Position numbers and translations under genes: made by a program. A stretch of DNA of 64,000 bases from Eledone cirrhosa (lineage: Eukaryota), in assembly GCA_964016885.1 (NCBI GenBank), contig OZ024751.1, positions 31,062,001-31,126,000 on the forward strand, read 5' to 3'. Numbering within the stretch: the first letter of the stretch is position 1; each line of letters begins with the position of its first letter. Below are positions 12,294 to 64,000 of this stretch, one piece after another. The notes under the pieces were generated by a model, which did no database searches, was not told the origin of the DNA, and saw only the letters and a program-made list of their open reading frames with translations.

Positions 12294-13924
12294 AATAATT
12301 TTGATACCTTTGAAAACTGAAAATTTTGTTGCCTGCTGCTAGTAATTACAACTTTAAAACTAAATGTGAAATATCTTGAAAAAATAAATGAATAAATTAT
12401 GCTCAGAAATTTCATCTGCAACAAAAAAGCTAGATTAGCCCCAGGAAATCAGTTTTAAGTTGAAGTAATAATGCAATGTATGAAAAAAACTAGTTAAATC
12501 ATGAACAAAAACAAAACAATATTAGTCACTAACATCCTTTCAATTATTTCAGCAAGTATGGGAGATAACTTCAGACATGTTTTGGTATTATGTCCTCATT
12601 GGCAAAGAATAATATTAGACATTGTGTTTTGGCACACCATTCACTGTAATTATTTCTGGATACTATATTTAATGAAGAGAGGATTGAAACGCTAATTAAA
12701 TTATAAACTGTAATCATATTCTATTTACCACCTAATTTATCTCTCTGAAGACATTCTCATACAAATTTAAACCGCTAGGCTGTGGCCATAATGGAGCACC
12801 TCAAAACAAACAGTGGAAATTATTATTATTATTATAACAATGACATTGTTGGTGTGTGGTATACCCAGGAACAGAGTGGAAATTATTATACTATTACAAA
12901 GATATTGTTGGTGTAAGGTTAACCCAGGAACTTTGACGAGTTAAAGGACCTTCAGAAAAAATAAATGAATCGATTATATTTTGGTGCAAATCAATCACCC
13001 CACCATATCATTTAGGTTAATCAGTCATTGATAAAGTACCCCTTTCTGAGCTAAACCATCCATGCTAAATTGCTTCCTTCACCCTTCTCCCAGTTAAAAT
13101 ACCTCCACTCCATCCTCCAGTTATTAAGTCACTCATTATAAAATACCTCCACCCGCAGTTAATAAACATGTGAAAGTACCTCTTCCAAAATCGACCCTAC
13201 CATTTTTGTTTTTTTTTTCAATAAAGGAAAACAAGAATGTTTTTTTTATGAAATTGGATATAAAAAAATAAACTTCTTTAGTTTTTTTGTTATATTTACT
13301 ATTTCTAGCCTTTAATATATATATATATAATTTGCTGGACATGAAAGAGGCAGCAAATTGGCAGAGTCATTAGATGGTATTCACTCTGGCTCTCTGAGTT
13401 GAAATCCTGCTGAGGTCAACTTTGCCTTTCATCCTTTCAAGGTCGATAAAAAAAGTACCAGTATAGTACTGGGGTTGATTCTTCCTCTGTCTGGAAGCTG
13501 CTGTACTCAGGCCTGGAGAAGGATGGGCTCCGCCAAGCTTAAAATCCCAAGAAACGCTGTATGTCAATATGGTGCCATACGCTAGCATGGAAGATAGACG
13601 TTTAACGATGATGATGATATATACACATACACACAAATATGTACTGTATATATTTATAACGCATGTCCAACCCATGCTAGCATGGAATAGAGGTCATTAA
13701 ATTATATATATAAGCATGCAATTTATATAACTCAAAGAAATAAAAAACAAATTAAAACAGTCATACATAAAATATTATTTAAAATATATTTTCATGCCTG
13801 GAAATTTAAAATATGTGACCATGTCAGAAATATAGGAGTGTATGAATATTAGAGCTGCACCGATTAGTTAAATGATTGATCAGTGTCAACCATCACCCGT
13901 TAATATTAAACATTTTAAAATTTT

Positions 13925-15653
13925 ACCCTTCAGCATTTAAACCGGCCATATCTGGCCAGAATTATCTTCCTTCTGTTCAAACCGGCTGTAACTAGCCACT
14001 CATACTGATGTTACGGTATTGTTCTCAAAATACCATAGATTCGATATTATGTGAAGTAAAGCCTTTACCGTGAAAATATAATAGTAAATATCATCATCAT
14101 CATCACCGTTTTACGTCCGTTCTTCCACGCTAGCATGGGTTAGATGGGTTGTCCTGTTGTGGGCAGTGTCTGGTCGGCTGACCATGCCTTGCTCATACAG
14201 GAACTGATTTGGCTTGATTTCTACAGCTGGATGCCCTTCCTAACACCAACCTCATTTACAGTGAGTGCTGGGTGCTTTTTCGTGGCGCCTACACATCCAC
14301 TTTACAGTGTGGGCTGGGTGCTTTTTTGCCGTGGCACCTCCACGACCACCTTGCGGTGGGGGGGCATATTGTCTATATGCTTCAGCTTATACCCAAGGGA
14401 GGTCGGGTACTCTGTATTACTGCGTGACGCCAGAAATCACGGTCATGTGTCATTGTCTTTGAGAGGTGCAATTGGGTAAGGTCGGCTTTTATCACCTCAT
14501 CCCAGATCATCTTGGGTCTCCCCACTCAGCGATTTCCATCAACTTCTAGTGCTCTGCACCTTTTTATGCAGCTGTCATCCTTCATACGCATCACATGTCC
14601 ATACCAGCGCAACCGCCTCTCCTGCACACAGCATTTGATTCCTCTTATGCTCAGTCTCTCTCTCAATTCATTTATGCTTTGTCGTTCACATATATTACTG
14701 TTACACATCCATCGGAGCATGCAGGCTTCGTTTCTCTCTAATCTACGTAAGTCTTCCACCTTCAGCGCCCAGGTCTCACTACCATGCAACATCGCTGTTC
14801 GGATACACGCATCATACAGTCTGCCTTTCATTCTGAGGGAGAAGCCTTTTGCAGCTAGCAGTGGTAGTAGTTCCCTAAACTTCTTCCATCCCGTTCTTAC
14901 CCTAGTTATTGTACTTTCTGAACACCCACCTCCGCTGCTAATTCAGTCACCTAGGTAGCAGAAGCTGTCTACTGTTTCTACAGGGTCCTCCCAGAGATTG
15001 GTGGTACTTGTTTCCTGTGGCTGTTTGCTGCTTGCTGTCTCAGCACAGTTGCTGCATGTGAATCCTACATTCTTAATTAAGCTTCCCGAGATCCCGCTAC
15101 ATCTCGTGTACCCATTGTTTGCATTTGGGGCAGAGAATGGAGTTCCTACCTACACCTTTCCTACATACTGAGCAAGGCCATTTCCCTGAGGGGATCTGGT
15201 TTCTGTTTTCTTGTCTACTTACAAGGACCTTAGTCTTTGTCATGTTGACTTTGAGACCCTTTCTTTCTAGTCCCTGCTTCCAAGTTTGGAATTTATCCTC
15301 TAGTTCTACCATAGATTCAGCTATGAGTGCGAGGTCATCAGCATACAGGAGTTCCCATGGGCATCCGGTCTTAAACTCCTCCGTTATTGCCTGCAGGACT
15401 ATGATGAACAGGAGAGGGCTAAGAACAGAACCCTGGTGGACCCCTACTTGTACGCTAAATTCCTCGCTATACTCATTGTTAATCCTAACTTTGCTGACTG
15501 CTCCCCTATACATGGCTTGTACCGCTTTCACAAGCCATTCATCTACTCCTAGTTTTCTAAGAGCCCACCAGATTACAGCACATGGAACTCTGTCAAAGGC
15601 TTTCTCAAGGTCAACAAATGCCAAGTAGAGTGGTGTAAATGCTAAAGGGTTAA
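13925..15653 (+). mobile_element. piggyBac-type MITE split by an RTE LINE insertion
   Basis: The left part (CCCTTCAGCATTTA...AATAGTAAATA, to about 14090) and right part (TAGAGTGGTGTAAATGCTAAAGGG TTAA, 15626-15653) join to give the MITE seen intact at 53619-53803. Confidence 0.75.
14091..15625 (-). mobile_element. 5'-truncated RTE-clade LINE: RT domain, PHD-like finger, 3' UTR and (GAT)n tail
   Basis: AFVDLEKAFDRVP, GVHQGSVLSPLLF, LLYADDL, MLHGSETW and RRLRWYGHVMR motifs. Frameshift near 15107 and a premature TGA at 14526. Tail appears as (CAT)n at 14092-14104. Confidence 0.9.
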
Positions 15654-16408
15654 CAAAAAGATAAAATAATAATAAATTTAACTAATAATAAAGGTAATAA
15701 AGCAGATGTTTTGGAATTCAGTAAAAATTTATGATATGCTTAATATTTACAGCAGAAATAATCACAGAACTTGTTCCATACTTTCAGTGTTTTTCTTCTC
15801 TTTCTTCCTCATTTTCATCAATTATTTTTCATAGAATTGAAAAGTAAGAGATGCTATGGCAGCAAGAGGTAGTATTTTCACAGAATGCCTATAGTCTATT
15901 ATCAGTATTATTATTGTCATTATTATTATTATTATTAATATTATTAACAGATACTTTTTTTTTTTTTAATCATATCACAAAAGCAAGTTGCTGCAAACCT
16001 CTGAAAGAAGGTGATCCAGTGTATGCAATGTGAAAAGAAAGTAACAGGATTAGCAAAGAAGTATGGCTTGAAAAACATCAGATTTTCCAGACATACAACT
16101 AGTACTGTTGTTGTTGTTGTTGTTGCTAATACCCATTCATCATTTCTCAAATCAACTGAAATTGTCAAAGTTGACATAACTGCAGTTATCCTTAAACTGA
16201 TTAAAAAAAAAAAAAATTAAATAAAATCAAAAACCTTCAGGCCATTGAGATAAAGCAGCTTGGTAAATGTGATGAGGAAGTTGGTTGTCAAACCCTACAC
16301 AGCTGCTATTATGATTGGTCTCGGCCGTTAGGCTTCTAAATAACTCTCTAAATTAATGAAAGACCTTTCTGAAGTGAAGTCACTTCCACCTGGATGAAAT
16401 AGCCCTCA

Positions 16409-60749
<44,341 letters not shown>

Positions 60750-61652
60750 CTGCAAAAACACACACACAAAAAAAAATTAATTTAAAATGTTCCATAAATA
60801 GAATTCTACAAAGTTAATACCTCTAGAGTATTATTGTATGTTCAAGAGGTATCAAATAAAATTTTATTCTTTTGGTGATGTAAAACTTTCAGAATATAAA
60901 TTAAATCAATATATACGAAAAGTAATGCAATATGGAAACTAAAATTAAATAAGAAAAAGAAATGTAATTCTAGAGGCAATTATTTTCTCCAATTTAGTTT
61001 TTATATATATATATATATATATTTAATGAAGGGTATTTTTAAGAAATTGTTAGATGGATTAACATGATTGTTGGATGTAATAACAAGAAGATTTAGTTTA
61101 TATATAAAGGTTTACTTCACTTGAGTCAAACAGAACAATAAACATATTACCACGAGTTGCAAAGGTTGACAATGTTATTTTTGTTGTTGGTTCATGAGGC
61201 TGGTTTAGTCTGCGACCAGGAGAGAAAGAGAGGGTAATGGTCTGTAATTGACTGTAGACCACTGTGGCCTGTAGATAGCGGTGAATCCTTACATAGCTGG
61301 TCTGTATTGTAGTGCTCCGATCTCTCTGTCTAAGGTGGGAAAATATAGGCTTTATATACCTGTCGCTTTCTGTCTCCCACCTTGAGGGGTTAGCCCACAC
61401 ATGAACCTGTTCACACCAAAAGAGTGGTGACCTAGAATTTGACTTAGGTGTCACCCAAGGCTCAAGGCGTGGACAGATTTCGCTACATATATATGTATAT
61501 AATCTCATTTATGTGTGTGTGTGTGTGTATCTATATATCACATTTATAGACTTGTGTATATATAGAGAAAAATATTCCTGTGTGTAAAAATATATACCAA
61601 CCTATTTATGGGCAATACAAGTTAAACTTGTTATAATCTTTAGAACATTAAC

Positions 61653-61918
61653 CCTTTCATTACCAGATTTCTAACAAAAGACACTACTTATGATTTTCAA
61701 ATAGTTTTTAAAATAATCAAGAATTTTGTTTTTTTTTTGGTGGTGGAAGTTAATGTAACTGACTTTCTCATTATTAAGGTTGTGTGGCACAACTGAAGTT
61801 TTTTGTTGTTTTTACATACAATTATGGAAGGTTTTTAGATAAATATAAACACTTTAATAAAAACAGTTTTGTATTATGGAACCAGGGATGGTTTCAGGAT
61901 GTTTTAGCATCAAAAGGG
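61653..61918. mobile_element. Second piggyBac-type MITE family
   Basis: TTAA-CCCTTTC...CAAAAGGG-TTAA termini around an interior unrelated to the 185-bp family. Confidence 0.55.
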
Positions 61919-62957
61919 TTAAAAAAGCTAAAGCATATTTAAATATGAAAAAGAAATGAAATGTATTAATAAAATACTATTAGTTGATGAAAATATTGAA
62001 TTGTGATTGAAAGAATTATGAGGTAATTGAAAAAAAATCTAATTTGAGACCCAGTTAATTAGCTGTTTTTAAACATTTTACCTTCTCTGAGTGGACCAAG
62101 AACAATTAAGATATTTCTTTACATCAAAAGCTAACAAAGATACCTCCAGTTTTCTAACTAGTTCAGAGATTGGAAATCAACCAAAAAGAATATTTAAAAT
62201 TAAATTGCAAAAGAACTTAAATAAAATAAATAAAATTGTAAAAAAATTCTCACATGAGTTTTGTAAATTTGTTTTTAATTGTTAATTTTTGTGATTTCTT
62301 TTTTTTTTTTTTAGTGTTCGGCCAACTTTCTACAATTTTGAACCATTCTCTTCTAGATTAATTACCATAACTGTAAGCACGTGTACACAAGAGAGCTGGC
62401 AACCTTTCTTATCACTTCACTCTCTCAATGGCAACAAACATAACTTAATTCAGTTTCAATAATCGTGCTTTGTCTTTTAATAACAAAACCTCTACTTCTT
62501 CACCACTACAATTCAAAAATATCATATGTCAAAGTGGAATGTTCACGTAGCTTATTCAATAAGGCTTGGTTAATAAATCTAATTTCAATATCAAATATCT
62601 CTCAAACACTAGTTGCCCAACGTATAAATGAAACAGTTTTATATATTAATCTTTAACCCACGTAATAATGAATCTGAGATTTTGATATTTATTTTTAGAA
62701 CAATACCTAAACGTCGGTATGAGTGGTTGGTTACAGCCGGTTTGAACAGAAAGAGATGAGAGAATTCTGGCTAAATGCTAAAGGGTTAAGAAGAAAATAC
62801 AGAAAAGTAGCGCTTTTAATTCTGCCAGGAGTTGCTACTGGTAGATAGTATTAGCAAATGGAAAGACCAATGGAAACATTCTTTCCTTGGTCAAATCTGA
62901 CAAGTTTCACCCCACTCAGTAAGTGAGTGAGGTCTGAGGTCTTGTAGTTTTGTTTAA

Positions 62958-63165
62958 CCTTTTAGTATTTAAACCTGCCATATTCGGCCAGAATTCTCTC
63001 ACCTCTTTCTGGTCAAACTGGCCGTAACTGGCCACTCATACTGATGTTAAGGTATTGTTCTCAAAATAAATAACATCAAAATCTCGTAGATTCGATATTA
63101 TGTAAGATAAAGCCTTTACCACGAAAATACAATAGTAAATATAGAGTAATATAAATACTAAAGGA
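62958..63165. mobile_element. piggyBac-type MITE, full-length degenerate copy
   Basis: TTAA flanks, degenerate TIRs, interior matches 53619-53803 in reverse. Confidence 0.8.
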
Positions 63166-64000
63166 TTAAAAAAAAAGTGCTTTTAAAACTTCTACAATGA
63201 AATATCCTATTTATACAACAAGACTTGTCTAATAAATCTAATTTTAATACTAAATATATCTCAAATACTGCAATGCTCAACAAATAAATGAAACAGTTTG
63301 ATATATTTAATCTTTAAGAAGAAAACAGAGATAAGTGGTGCTTTTAAAACTTCTTCAATGATATATACATTTAATTTAAATTTAATCTTTTCAATACCTA
63401 GCTGACTTAGAAACTGTACTAAAGTGTTCTGATTTTAATTAAAAATCTCCTAACATGAATGATATCGCATCTCAGTTGATAACATAAAATAGCAATATCT
63501 AAAGTTATAGTGTTGGTGATCCACACAAACACACCCAGCACACCTAGCACGAAAAACAATGTAAAATTAAGCATTACCGATGTGCCACTTGATGCAATGC
63601 AAAGTGAAGTAGAGCCAACATGCCACTCTATGCAATGTAAAATGAAGTATTTTGCTCAACAATCAACGTACCACCTTGTGCAGGAATTGAACTGACCATC
63701 TTCTGATCATGAGTCAAACACTAACAACTAGGGTCATATGCCTTCATGATTACAAACACTCACACATATATATTCTAATAAGTACCTTCACAAAGTTAAT
63801 GTAAAAAAAAAAAAGAGATCAATGTGTGTGTGTGCATGTGTGTGTATCTTGTAGACAAACACTTTAAAACCTTTACAGCAATTTTTATCAGTCCCACCCA
63901 CCCTCTACAATCTATTCAATTATATCCTGACAACTGTTCTATTTATTTTCTGTCCCCTCTGGTTATTTTAACATTGAAGTGAGCAACAATTTATTACTGT

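Noticed and set aside
62081-62135. Additional upstream OSBPL coding exon (AAG|GTAAAA donor on the minus strand)
   Set aside because: The phase-0 frame needed to join the 60749 exon contains a TAA nine codons upstream. At most this is UTR, and it is unsupported.

Overview
Eukaryotic, AT-rich, microsatellite- and SINE-dense animal DNA. The repeat inventory suggests a coleoid cephalopod, probably Octopus; this is inference, not a database match. Three protein-coding genes can be built by hand from GT-AG boundaries and consistent intron phases. (1) The first three coding exons of GET1/WRB lie on the minus strand and run off the left edge. (2) An intronless 660-aa SMYD4-like TPR/SET/MYND methyltransferase lies on the plus strand. 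(3) An OSBPL10/11-like oxysterol-binding protein gene (PH + ORD) on the minus strand has 21 exons within 16409-60749, giving 841 aa in the window; its start is not resolved. Non-coding space holds RTE-clade LINE fragments, two tRNA-derived SINE types, TTAA piggyBac-type MITEs, a pogo/Tigger-like element, a non-autonomous Helitron, Penelope-like fragments, a decayed 5S rRNA copy and many minisatellites. The most unusual signal is that exon-end/5' splice-donor junctions of the OSBPL gene are duplicated at three different exons, once as a 10-copy array carrying the EQVSHHPP signature. Several other arrays were seeded in place from a SINE tail, a MITE interior and a transposon TIR. Candidate hammerhead- and HDV-like ribozyme folds and two perfect hairpins are also noted. 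No prokaryotic or CRISPR system is present.
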